64,000 nt of DNA from a phage: assembly GCA_024672315.1 (NCBI GenBank), contig GCA_024672315.1_4714.1; one strand, written 5' to 3'. Position numbers and translations under genes: made by a program. The notes under the pieces are model-generated. The model made no database searches, was not told where the DNA came from, and saw only the letters and a list, made by a program, of their open reading frames with translations. Shown here piece after piece: positions 52,183 through 61,508 of this stretch. Position 1 is the first letter of the stretch, and the number at the start of each line of letters is the position of its first letter.

Positions 52183-54813
52183 TTACAATTCAAAATCTTC
52201 ATCGATAACACGCTGGGTAAGCACTTTGTCGCTGAAGAACTCCACCTTGCGCTGATGGTATTTACGGTGCGCTTCGATAGAAGTACATACCAGATACCAG
52301 AACGTTGGCGTCATTCCTTCAAACTTCCCTTTCAGCTGACGCAGTCGTCCCAACACCTGAATGTTACCGGTTCGTGACCCCATCGCTAGCGTCATGAACG
52401 TCATCACCAAGTCAGGAAGGTCGATACCTGTACCTGCTGATTTCACGGTTGTAACGCTAATATCGTTATCCAGCAAGACCATGAAATCTTCTTCAGCAGT
52501 ATAAGGACCGATCTCTAACTCAGGAATACGCTCACTGAGATAGTGCGACAACGACTTACACATATCAACGGTTGCACAATACACCAGCATCTTCATGCCT
52601 TCCTGATACTGGTTCATGAAACCCTTGATAATAACGGTATAGATGAAGTTAAAGTACGCGAGTTTGAGTTGCTTGTTCTTCATGATAGACTGTTCGAATA
52701 TCGTGTGTGAATAAGCTCCGCCAAACCCTTTGTATCTGACTTTATCTGTACTGCGTAGTCGATATGTTACCGCATTTACCGCAATGTATTTCTTGTATTC
52801 GCCTTTCGCATAACGGGCTTCTTTCGGATACATCAAATACAACATCTGTTCGATAAACGGATCATCGGATACCGCTGTTGCCGACAGATAAATGATTTCC
52901 GGAATATTGGCGTAACACTTGACCTTAAACAAGAAATGCAATGCTTCGTGACACTCGTCATGAATCAGCAAACCTATGCCGGTCTTTTCCCAAAACTCAG
53001 CGGGATGGAAGGCATATGGTGCAACGCAATTATTCTTCTCGTAGTCCGCAATGTAACGTTGGAACATGTTCAAGGAGAACAATGCGATTTTGAAGTCGAG
53101 CTCACCTTGTTCAACCAAGGTTTGAAACTCCAACATACTGTAACGAGGAATGTCGGGATGCGGTGGATCCTCCTTAGCGTTCCCGCGTATCTCGATAACG
53201 TCCCCTGGTTCCATCCCGAAGAAGTTCAGCAGTGAGCTTCGCCAACCTGGCATGTATCTCGGCGACAGAATGATACCCGTCCGTACACCACGTCTAAACA
53301 CGATTTCCTGTGACATCGCGGTGTTATGCGTGACGATAAAGTCTTTCACCACAAACAACGCTGAAGGATCATCGATCGTAATGCAACGTGCATCCGCAAC
53401 ACGGGAAGGTTTAATTGACAGTACACGTAGCATACTTTCGAAGTATTGTCCGTCAACAGGACAGCGTTCCAGCTTCTTCGGAAGCGTAACGATTTCATGC
53501 GGACGTTTATACCGTATCGTAACCATGTACGCTAGCCGTCCCTTATGTCTCTCCCCCTTGTAGGTGTAATACGGTTGTTTAATACGTAGACGAGCATACC
53601 CACCAATCGAACGAACCAAGTAGATAACGTCATCTGAAAGCTGTTTGCTCGAAGTACAGAAAACAATAGATCCTCCCTTCTCCACCGTTCCGTCGGTATC
53701 GATAAGACCTGCGAGTATTTCGCAACGTTGTCTGTGTGACGCCATCATGTACTGTTTCGGAACAAACTTCTCCCAGGATCGTTTACCCATCAACCCCAAC
53801 TGATCAAGCGCTAATGCCGTCTCTGACCGCCCACCGTAATTGATTAACGTTGCGGCAGGCGTCTTCGTTACCGCATAGTCGTATTTCTCGCGGTACTGTA
53901 TTTCACAGTCATCCGGAAGACGACTTAACACCTTATTCAAGATGAAATCGTCAGGAGTTGTGATTATCGGGGATGTTGATAAATGACCATCCCCTAACAG
54001 AACACCAAGCACGTACGGATCAAGCGGTAGATCTGCATCAGGAGTATGCTCAGACTCACAGTACGGAATGTAAAGTCGTTTATTGGACAGCTCCAGGATA
54101 CGAATCATCTCAAGTGTATTGATAACCCGCATGGGATAAGGATTGTTTTTGTCCCATCCCCAGTTAGGTCTCATACATGCCCAGAGATGCTCGCCGCAGG
54201 CTTCAACACGGCGACCGTCAGCAAAGACAATCTCATAGAGCTGTTTTGCTTTATGGTCGAAGATATTGGTTACCTTCGTTGGTCGGCCATTAGCAGCCGT
54301 GATGGTATCACCTATCTTCAAATCGCCTAATTGACGCCATCCGCCAGGGACTTTTACGAGCGTGGTAAGCGGATTTGCTTTACCCGACCCCGTTTGAGCG
54401 GTGTTTAGGCTCATTCTGAAGGGGGTATCCTTACCCCCGTCCATGTACTCCAACCATTCTTGCTGATCTTCACGCCATGGAAACTTCCATTTCTTTACGA
54501 ACTCCACTTCTTTACCTGGCACCGGATCGTGATAAACGATTTCCAACCACTCTTTTCGTATCCCTCGGGAAAAGATAAAATCCAAAAACGATTTCAATTG
54601 TTCACGGAGTAAGTATACCTCGCTATAATCGCTTCTCGCTGCGGCATACGTGTTTATGGTATCGGTAACCATTCTCCGTGTACGAGGGTCACGCCGTTTC
54701 CTCAGATGCAAACAACGGTCTCGAAGGTAATGGCCGATAAGATGGGCAAATCGAAGTCCGTATCCGCTCAGCCTCATGCCATGCGAGAAGACGTCGATAC
54801 GAGCTAACTTCAT
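52183..54813 (-). CDS. DExH-box SF2 helicase interrupted by an intein (876-aa precursor; ~524 aa after splicing)
   Basis: Motif I AQTGSGK|T split by insert, motif II LLIHDECHE, motif III YLSATAV, motif V TVKSAGTGIDLP, motif VI QVLGRLRQ. Confidence 0.7.
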   Translation of the reverse strand: MKLARIDVFSHGMRLSGYGLRFAHLIGHYLRDRCLHLRKRRDPRTRRMVTDTINTYAAARSDYSEVYLLREQLKSFLDFIFSRGIRKEWLEIVYHDPVPGKEVEFVKKWKFPWREDQQEWLEYMDGGKDTPFRMSLNTAQTGSGKANPLTTLVKVPGGWRQLGDLKIGDTITAANGRPTKVTNIFDHKAKQLYEIVFADGRRVEACGEHLWACMRPNWGWDKNNPYPMRVINTLEMIRILELSNKRLYIPYCESEHTPDADLPLDPYVLGVLLGDGHLSTSPIITTPDDFILNKVLSRLPDDCEIQYREKYDYAVTKTPAATLINYGGRSETALALDQLGLMGKRSWEKFVPKQYMMASHRQRCEILAGLIDTDGTVEKGGSIVFCTSSKQLSDDVIYLVRSIGGYARLRIKQPYYTYKGERHKGRLAYMVTIRYKRPHEIVTLPKKLERCPVDGQYFESMLRVLSIKPSRVADARCITIDDPSALFVVKDFIVTHNTAMSQEIVFRRGVRTGIILSPRYMPGWRSSLLNFFGMEPGDVIEIRGNAKEDPPHPDIPRYSMLEFQTLVEQGELDFKIALFSLNMFQRYIADYEKNNCVAPYAFHPAEFWEKTGIGLLIHDECHEALHFLFKVKCYANIPEIIYLSATAVSDDPFIEQMLYLMYPKEARYAKGEYKKYIAVNAVTYRLRSTDKVRYKGFGGAYSHTIFEQSIMKNKQLKLAYFNFIYTVIIKGFMNQYQEGMKMLVYCATVDMCKSLSHYLSERIPELEIGPYTAEEDFMVLLDNDISVTTVKSAGTGIDLPDLVMTFMTLAMGSRTGNIQVLGRLRQLKGKFEGMTPTFWYLVCTSIEAHRKYHQRKVEFFSDKVLTQRVIDEDFEL
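53323..54378 (-). other. intein with LAGLIDADG homing endonuclease domain (~352 aa) in helicase P-loop
   Basis: Begins ANPLTTLVKV after GSGK, ends ...FIVTHN before T; two LAGLIDADG motifs LGVLLGDGHLS and LAGLIDTDGTVEK; excision recreates AQTGSGKT. Confidence 0.65.
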
Positions 54814-56816
54814 AACGTGATTACATCCTCCGGTTTAGGTTCTTTACGCGGTAACAGCATGTAGTCGATCGGATGATCCGGCTTCATGGTTGGGATATAA
54901 CTGTTCGGGTTTTGGAACGCATCCAGCTGCTCTTGGTGAGCGAACTTCATACTCAAGGAGCGCATGTTCATGTTCTTCTTGAAGGTGCTGAAGTATCGTG
55001 TTGTTCCCTGTTTCGGCATGCGATAATCTTTCGTGTGTGGCGAACGAATCATGCTGGCGTAGAGAATAACATCGAGATGCGAAAGGTTCATTCGCAGACG
55101 CTGGGCACACAGACGATGCCAATAGTACAGCACGTTTGCAACTTCCTCCGGTGTTGCTTCGTCTTCCGAGAGGAATCCGGCACTGAAAGAACCTTTCCCG
55201 AATTTGAACTCACGTTCGATTTCTTTTGCGTACTCCATCATGTTTTTGTGGATTAACGGCATCTGGAATAACGTACGTGAATTGTCCCAATGTTTCAAGT
55301 CGAAAATCACAATCCCGTCAGACGTCACTTCCCAGCTATGGCGTTTGAGATAACGGATAAACGCTTTACTCGGTACAACAGGACGGCCGCAGAAATCGAA
55401 ATTGACTTTGAGTTTACGATAGCTTTCATCTTTCCTGTCGTAAATCTCCATATCGCAAAGCGTCATGTTAAACAGACGTTGCGGTATCAACGAACTGATT
55501 TCTTCCGCTTCCGCTACGTCGTACAACATGTTCGCAAGACCTAACTTCATCTTAATCAGCACATGTTTACCTTTCAGCTCACGTGCGAGTTTGATGTCGT
55601 TCATGTTCTGGCTGTAGCGAAGGATATGTTGATATTCCGGTGGGATTGGTGCTGTGGATACCGTTGACGAACCATCGTGGTGTTTGGTAGAAAGAATGTT
55701 CTGCGTTACCTGTTGCGAACAGGTACGCGCTGCACCGTCGCCGACATTATCAGTCAATGCGAAGTTATGACTTAATTCACCGTAACACGTCGTACATACC
55801 CCAGCAGGATCGGGATGATGACAATAGTTAACGGAGCGCATACGCACTGTGGTGCCGATCAATTCTTTCATGTGTGGCTGTATCGCTACCAACGAACCGT
55901 CATCACGAATAATGAATCGACCGTGGAAGCCACGCAGGTCAGTCTCATCACGGATTGGCATCGGGATGGTCTCTTTACTACCACAATCACCAGGATGGAG
56001 TCGTTGTACAACCGCTGTCGCTATCTGAAGTTCACGACCGAAATATTCAGACTTTTTAATCTGCTCTTTGTTGAACAGCAACGATTTCGCCGCAGAACGA
56101 CTTTCTTTCAAGCTGTCAGGAAGAGAGATCAAACCGGCTGCATACGACCGCATTACCGGATCGCGGAATATCTCGGAGTTAATATCGGTCAAGAATCCAC
56201 GCATCCCAATACACTGTAGCACCTGCCCAATCGAAACGTGTTCGGTTCTTACCGCACGTGCGATAGGGTTTGCATGTAACGTTTTATCGGTGCTCAGTAC
56301 CTTTGTCAGTTTCTTGTATGCGCTTTCGATACCTTCGCGGGTGGGTTCCGCTTCAGCGATGATTTTCTTAACTTCGGGGTGTACGGTAATCTGATAAAAA
56401 TCGTCCGCGCAAATCGTTGTTACGTATTCCTCCAACGCATACGTAAAGAAGTTATACACATTGTTAAACATATCGAACAGTGCTTTCCAGAGAACCTCAC
56501 GATTCTCTTGTGGATAAGCATACATGCATTGACGATACGCGGCGCTTTGCAACGCAACCGATGAACCCGCTGTGAACTTGCGTTTATCAACCAGGTTCTC
56601 TTTTGTCAATGGTGTCTCAGGATACATGCGATGCACAGACCAGTGCATGTAACTAAAGAAAATGCGTCGTGCACGCAATTCATGAACGCCATCGTCCATC
56701 TCGATATACACACGGTCATTAGGTTGTGCCCACTCGAACACCTCATCAACCGGCCAATGCATAAGCTCGCGTGCCCTCACACGACGTTTCGTGGTGGTTG
56801 TCTGTGTTGTAATCAT
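54810..56816 (-). CDS. multisubunit RNA polymerase beta'-like subunit fragment (668 aa)
   Basis: RSVNYCHHPDPAGVCTTCYG matches universal beta' segment (E. coli RSVVSCDTDFGVCAHCYG); upstream HPGDCGSKETIPMP matches EDDCGTHEGIMMTP; trigger-loop-like segment follows. Confidence 0.6.
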   Translation of the reverse strand: MITTQTTTTKRRVRARELMHWPVDEVFEWAQPNDRVYIEMDDGVHELRARRIFFSYMHWSVHRMYPETPLTKENLVDKRKFTAGSSVALQSAAYRQCMYAYPQENREVLWKALFDMFNNVYNFFTYALEEYVTTICADDFYQITVHPEVKKIIAEAEPTREGIESAYKKLTKVLSTDKTLHANPIARAVRTEHVSIGQVLQCIGMRGFLTDINSEIFRDPVMRSYAAGLISLPDSLKESRSAAKSLLFNKEQIKKSEYFGRELQIATAVVQRLHPGDCGSKETIPMPIRDETDLRGFHGRFIIRDDGSLVAIQPHMKELIGTTVRMRSVNYCHHPDPAGVCTTCYGELSHNFALTDNVGDGAARTCSQQVTQNILSTKHHDGSSTVSTAPIPPEYQHILRYSQNMNDIKLARELKGKHVLIKMKLGLANMLYDVAEAEEISSLIPQRLFNMTLCDMEIYDRKDESYRKLKVNFDFCGRPVVPSKAFIRYLKRHSWEVTSDGIVIFDLKHWDNSRTLFQMPLIHKNMMEYAKEIEREFKFGKGSFSAGFLSEDEATPEEVANVLYYWHRLCAQRLRMNLSHLDVILYASMIRSPHTKDYRMPKQGTTRYFSTFKKNMNMRSLSMKFAHQEQLDAFQNPNSYIPTMKPDHPIDYMLLPRKEPKPEDVITL

Positions 56817-56961
56817 TATTACTTTCCGATTTAAATGGTTTTATCATACGGTTTACCAATTCCGTTGGAATTTACTATCGCCATGATAGCATCGGGAATC
56901 CCTTCTCTTAGGTTATGTAGGTGTTAATATATCTCCACTGCCGGAGTAAAAGTCGGCAACA

Positions 56962-57447
56962 TTACCCGGCTTTCTGTCGTAGAGCGTACGGATCCATAGC
57001 GTCTGACATATCCGAAACAACCGTGAGAATGAAGCCCTTTATCTGTCTCACTTCGGTCACACGCAATCCTTTATCGTTACGATATACGTTTTCTTCACCA
57101 ACCAACTTTGGTCGGATAACATAAACGCCATCAACAAACGGGAATGTCGAATACGGATAAACACCAATAGAAATGATGTTTGGATGATCGCCTCGAAGGT
57201 CACGTCCGAACTTATCGACTCGACCATAAATCGTTCCATCCGCACCCTCCACTTCAATGAGGTCGTTACGAATATCCTGAAATAGCTGTTCTAAGGTGTT
57301 GGCAGGGTACGTATATGCGACGCCTAACGCTGGATCCTCGATCGTTTTGACATTGAATCCGTTAAGCCAAACAATCCGTTCATTCGCCCATGTTTCTTCA
57401 TATACCGTTAATCCATCGCCGTATATGTTGGCGTGTGCTATCTCCAT
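56962..57447 (-). CDS. hypothetical protein (161 aa)
   Basis: ORF. Confidence 0.5.
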   Translation of the reverse strand: MEIAHANIYGDGLTVYEETWANERIVWLNGFNVKTIEDPALGVAYTYPANTLEQLFQDIRNDLIEVEGADGTIYGRVDKFGRDLRGDHPNIISIGVYPYSTFPFVDGVYVIRPKLVGEENVYRNDKGLRVTEVRQIKGFILTVVSDMSDAMDPYALRQKAG

Positions 57448-57561
57448 AATCTCATTTCCTCTTCTACGTAGAAATAGATGACATGTTGGATATACGTTGC
57501 CTTTGCATATATTGCTTTATTTCCGTCAGAAATAACGGAAAATAAAAACAACAACATAGTT

Positions 57562-57591
57562 CCCTCCCACCTCCACATGGGAGAGGGAGGG
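57562..57591 (-). terminator. GC-rich hairpin
   Basis: ccctccc-N16-gggaggg; followed on minus strand by AACTATGTTG. Confidence 0.45.
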
Positions 57592-57604
57592 CTATACGTG
57601 TTTA

Positions 57605-57967
57605 TTACTCGATGCTGTCTTCTTCCGTATCTTCCTCTTCAGAACCATCGAATGTTTTCATTGTGGCGGTGGTATCCCAGTTAGCTGCGTAATCAGCCAT
57701 CGCTTCGCGCAGTGCTTCTTCACCAGCATCACCAGCCAGGTCAAGTACAACCAAACCCTGTGCGACGTTTTGAGCGACGGTATCAATAACGGTTGCATCT
57801 TCTTCAAAACTACGTACGGGTTCAATGGTACCTACATCAACAGCGTAGTTCGTGGTTGCTGTAAACACGGCGACTTGTAGCGCATTGCTATCTTCATCAT
57901 GCAGTGCTGCCTCAATACCGATTGGACGAGCCAGTTCTTGCAGTGTTAATTTGCGAATTAAGTTCAT
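57605..57967 (-). CDS. small acidic protein (120 aa), member of a 3-gene paralog set
   Basis: Acidic C-terminus DGSEEEDTEEDSIE; N-terminal NLIRKLTLQELAR resembles NNLILQDLAR of neighbour. Confidence 0.5.
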   Translation of the reverse strand: MNLIRKLTLQELARPIGIEAALHDEDSNALQVAVFTATTNYAVDVGTIEPVRSFEEDATVIDTVAQNVAQGLVVLDLAGDAGEEALREAMADYAANWDTTATMKTFDGSEEEDTEEDSIE

Positions 57968-58000
57968 TATGTTTTTCCTCAGGTGAATGTTAGCAATCGT

Positions 58001-58348
58001 TTAAAACTTTAAAACTTTTTCGATACGATGGTTGACGAATTCATTGAACGACTCTTCGGCTTGTTCGATAATTTCATCAACATCGATATCTAATTGTTGG
58101 GGTTGGATAACATGCTCTTTCATGGTTTCCAGCCAGTATTCGGCTTTAACCATAACGTTAGCGACGTGTTCGACCTGGCTGCGTATGTCGACGATCTGGC
58201 AATCAGGATTGTTAATATCGATGATGTGTCCGTGGTGTTTGATAAACCCTAACTTATTCGACGCCCTTACCGCATCGCGGGCAAGGTCTTGCAAGATTAA
58301 ATTATTGACGTAGTTCACTGCTATGGAACGATTTTCTTTATCACTCAT
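58001..58348 (-). CDS. small protein (115 aa), paralog set member
   Basis: ORF; N-terminal similarity to 57605-57967. Confidence 0.5.
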   Translation of the reverse strand: MSDKENRSIAVNYVNNLILQDLARDAVRASNKLGFIKHHGHIIDINNPDCQIVDIRSQVEHVANVMVKAEYWLETMKEHVIQPQQLDIDVDEIIEQAEESFNEFVNHRIEKVLKF

Positions 58349-58427
58349 ACCAGGGATCCTCTTTTAAGTGTTCACATTCTAGTGTTAAGCAGTTAAAATA
58401 AACCGTCCCTTTAATCAGCATAAACAT

Positions 58428-58456
58428 CCTCCTCCCACCACATGGGCAGGAGGAGG
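58428..58456 (-). terminator. hairpin
   Basis: cctcctcc-N13-ggaggagg; followed on minus strand by ATGTTTATGCTG. Confidence 0.5.
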
Positions 58457-58467
58457 CGTAATATGCA

Positions 58468-58878
58468 TCAGAAAGGAGGACGATCTTTAAATTCTAGCAA
58501 TGTATCTTCGAAGCAAGCGATAAGTTCAGACTGCAATTCGGTACGGCCTTGTTCACCGAAGAGTTCCAGCAACATTAACCCCCGAGCGGTCTTCGTAGCA
58601 ACCTCTTCGCAGATGCGGAGATCGCGAACTTCATCATCGCCGACATCTTTACGTAACTGCGCTGCAATGGGCTTAAGATTGCCGTTTTCATCGTGTTCGT
58701 CACGAAATGCATCATAAGCCGCATCGATGTTCGCGATCCGTGTCAATCCTTCAGAATCCCGCCAGTCTCGATATAATCCAAGCAGACGGTTATGATTCTT
58801 CGTTTTGACGTTCGGTGCTGGAAGGTTGCGCAACAGATGTGGTGTAATCATTGCTATCACGCTATCCGAATGATCCAT
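58468..58878 (-). CDS. small protein (136 aa), probable paralog set member
   Basis: C-terminal ATKTARGLMLLELFGEQGRTEL resembles AQNVAQGLVVLDLAGDAGEEAL of 57605-57967. Confidence 0.45.
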   Translation of the reverse strand: MDHSDSVIAMITPHLLRNLPAPNVKTKNHNRLLGLYRDWRDSEGLTRIANIDAAYDAFRDEHDENGNLKPIAAQLRKDVGDDEVRDLRICEEVATKTARGLMLLELFGEQGRTELQSELIACFEDTLLEFKDRPPF

Positions 58879-58889
58879 CGTATACCTCG

Positions 58890-61058
58890 TTAGCTTTCGC
58901 AGTCATCTGCGTCGATGATTTGTCCGCCAGCAACGTTCAGCTGATGATACAGGATCCTCAACGCACGGTTGCCGCCAATGGGATACTTCTCGAAGTTGGT
59001 CGCAATAGGAATCGCTGACGGCTTATCGGTCGCATAGATGCTTTCAGTGATGCTATCCACCTGTTTTGGATTGTTCGCATAGTCCATAAAGACGCTTGCG
59101 AACCATCCGCCAGCAAAGGCGGTAACTTCGCGATGTTCAGATTCACCACAGTAACGAGTCGGTTGCTCTTTACCAGGGGAACTGTATTTATCGCTATTAC
59201 TGAGTTTCGACGGTAATCCGTGCGCTTGCAGTTTAGGAATACCCACAGCTGACCAGTCGTTCGCCGTCTTCTCCAACATCATGATGTACGTGTCACCGAT
59301 CGCAATATCGTTCTTGGTTGTCCGCCATTGCCCGGAACGCCCACGATACCGTACAGGACCTTTCTTCAACGGGAACTCACGAATCAGATTCTCCATACGT
59401 TCTGAACCTGCTGCGATACTGTCCGTCGGGATATAAACTTCCGTACCGTGGCGTTGTACGTACCGTAAATGATCCCATTTATCCTCATCCGTGATACAGT
59501 ATTTTTCAACAACCTGTTCCACGAACTCAGGACTGACGATATAGTAGTAGCGCATCAGTGTGTTCCAAGCGGTCTCCAGATCGCCTGCATCCATCACCGG
59601 TTTCAGTTCACGCATGATCTGATCACCAACACCGTTGATGTATGGCGCATTAACACGACTCAAACTCATCCTTTTGATTACCGTGCTATCGTCGAACATA
59701 AAGTCCGCAACATTACCCCATTGGTCAACCGGCATTTCATCGTCTTCCATGATGTCGGTTACGACGAATTTATCACCCGCCATACCGGTGAATTTAAACC
59801 CGATACCTGGAACAACGTCGTACGTGTAGGTGATGGTCACACGCCAATCATCGAGATTCTCTTTGCGGTAATCGCGGGTTGGTAACACATGACGTAGCTG
59901 TCCGTTCGGATTGCGGATATCGATACCGTGTTCAGCATCAGCCAGGTTCAACCACCACATCACCGTTTGATGATGACGTATCGGCGTACCAACGCGTTCA
60001 CGTTCGTACTTACGAACAGCATCCTGAATTCGGGTGTAAAGCAAACCGATTGCGTTTTCATATTTCAGGAATTGACGATACGGAGGACGCATCTTCTCTT
60101 CCATCATAATCGCACGCTCGCGGGCTTGACGTCCAGAACGACGATGTCGATCGCTGACAACATCGATATCCGTTACACGCGCATTCGGTTCAGCGTAAGT
60201 GAGATCATCGTAAACATAATCCACACGCTGAAGGTTACATGTCATCATGTCAACAACGCTAAGAATAGGATCGATTTCGCGTGTTGCTGCAAGTAACCCA
60301 TCTTTACGAATACGCTCACCGTTCTCGGGTATTGCTTGATATACCTCGTCATCACCGTAGAGATTGATTGGGTATCGTGATTTACCTGACGTGATTGTTC
60401 GCTTCTCAATACCTGTGCTGGTGAAATGCTTCAATACACCACGACGGGCAACACCACCATCCTCGATACACTGATAGAAGCTACCGAAACACACTTTGCA
60501 ATCGCGACCGTAACCCCACTCGCGTGTTTCTTGATTGATCGCTGGGCTTTCCATCAAACGAGAATATCGCGGTACGATCTGGCCTCGACGGAGGGAATGG
60601 AACAAGTTGGTTGGTCGAAAACGGAAACCGTACTGCTGATGCATGATGTGATGCTCAGGCACTTCAAGCAAGCGTAGCTCGTGACGGTTACCATCCTCTT
60701 GGTTTTCATACAGCACGTAATGCATCGTGTTTGTTTTGATGCTGTTTGCTGTATGCCCCGGTTGGAAACGTGGGATGATATCTATGATGCGAGATTCGAC
60801 TGGAAACTCTACTGACCACGTGTTCTGTCCGTACTGGTATTCGATCCCCGTCGTCAGTCGGGACGGTTTCGCATCTTTGATAACCAACGCTTGGCTAAGA
60901 TGTCCACCAAACATCGCAGCGCGCTGTGCTGAGTTATAATGCAGTAGCCCGTTAAGTCCAGTCCCTACGCCAGTATACTCCTGTTTAATGGGAATGATTT
61001 TACCTTCAGCGATTGCCTGCTTCACAGATTCATAAAGAGGTTTTTCTTTATAATGCAT
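58890..61058 (-). CDS. probable multisubunit RNA polymerase beta-like subunit fragment (~722 aa)
   Basis: AGDKF...IMEDDEMPVDQWGNVADFMFDDSTVIKRM resembles beta GDKMAGRHGNKG...[25 protein letters not shown] but lacks RHGNKG; later RYCGESEHREVTAFAGG resembles RFGEMEVWALEAYGAA; start set to ATG 61058 with AGGAAG RBS. Confidence 0.45.
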   Translation of the reverse strand: MHYKEKPLYESVKQAIAEGKIIPIKQEYTGVGTGLNGLLHYNSAQRAAMFGGHLSQALVIKDAKPSRLTTGIEYQYGQNTWSVEFPVESRIIDIIPRFQPGHTANSIKTNTMHYVLYENQEDGNRHELRLLEVPEHHIMHQQYGFRFRPTNLFHSLRRGQIVPRYSRLMESPAINQETREWGYGRDCKVCFGSFYQCIEDGGVARRGVLKHFTSTGIEKRTITSGKSRYPINLYGDDEVYQAIPENGERIRKDGLLAATREIDPILSVVDMMTCNLQRVDYVYDDLTYAEPNARVTDIDVVSDRHRRSGRQARERAIMMEEKMRPPYRQFLKYENAIGLLYTRIQDAVRKYERERVGTPIRHHQTVMWWLNLADAEHGIDIRNPNGQLRHVLPTRDYRKENLDDWRVTITYTYDVVPGIGFKFTGMAGDKFVVTDIMEDDEMPVDQWGNVADFMFDDSTVIKRMSLSRVNAPYINGVGDQIMRELKPVMDAGDLETAWNTLMRYYYIVSPEFVEQVVEKYCITDEDKWDHLRYVQRHGTEVYIPTDSIAAGSERMENLIREFPLKKGPVRYRGRSGQWRTTKNDIAIGDTYIMMLEKTANDWSAVGIPKLQAHGLPSKLSNSDKYSSPGKEQPTRYCGESEHREVTAFAGGWFASVFMDYANNPKQVDSITESIYATDKPSAIPIATNFEKYPIGGNRALRILYHQLNVAGGQIIDADDCES

Positions 61059-61089
61059 AGGACTTCCTATTATCGAATTGAGGTACGTC

Positions 61090-61443
61090 ATGTCTAACAC
61101 GCCCCTGAACGACTTTCTTAAGACAAACCCCGATGACCTCATCCACGATCTTGATTTCAGGAACGTTGTTGAGATGCATCTGGAATATTTCAAAAATGCC
61201 GGACTGGTCTCTACGATAGACATACCACCCGAACGCGCCTACGAATTCGATGGTAACTTTTATGGATTGTGTCGTGTTCTGCTCGGTGAGGGCAGTGAAC
61301 CAATGCACTGGATAACCATGAGACTCAATGGTTATCGTGACCCTACGGAATACACCGCCGATGTTCTAACCATGAAGATTGTCGATACAAGCGCAATCAA
61401 CACATTAAAACAACAGTACCGCACAATCCACTACAGCGCTTAA
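61090..61443 (+). CDS. hypothetical protein (117 aa) on opposite strand
   Basis: ATG 61090 with GAGGT RBS; ORF ends 5 nt before hairpin 61449-61477; preferred over antisense track ORF 61048-61308. Confidence 0.4.
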   Translation: MSNTPLNDFLKTNPDDLIHDLDFRNVVEMHLEYFKNAGLVSTIDIPPERAYEFDGNFYGLCRVLLGEGSEPMHWITMRLNGYRDPTEYTADVLTMKIVDTSAINTLKQQYRTIHYSA

Positions 61444-61448
61444 GATAA

Positions 61449-61477
61449 CCCTCCCACAGCGTAAAGCGTAGGGAGGG
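61449..61477. terminator. hairpin at convergent junction
   Basis: ccctccc-N15-gggaggg followed on + strand by CATTTATGCCG. Confidence 0.5.
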
Positions 61478-61508
61478 CATTTATGCCGTCGTTCGATGAC
61501 TTAATACA

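Noticed and set aside
52183-54813. Terminase large subunit (ATPase with intein near structural-looking genes)
   Set aside because: Motif I is the SF2 helicase form AQTGSGKT and motifs II, III, V and VI are helicase-type; no terminase nuclease motifs recognised.
47149-56851. 11-mer TTTTATCATAC at 47149 and 56842, both ~25-35 nt from a start codon
   Set aside because: The two copies are in opposite orientation relative to their nearest genes (helicase vs beta'), so a shared promoter role is doubtful; it may be chance.
61048-61308. Minus-strand 86-aa ORF from the track
   Set aside because: It overlaps a + strand ORF with a better RBS and terminator context, and the beta-like gene more plausibly starts at 61058.
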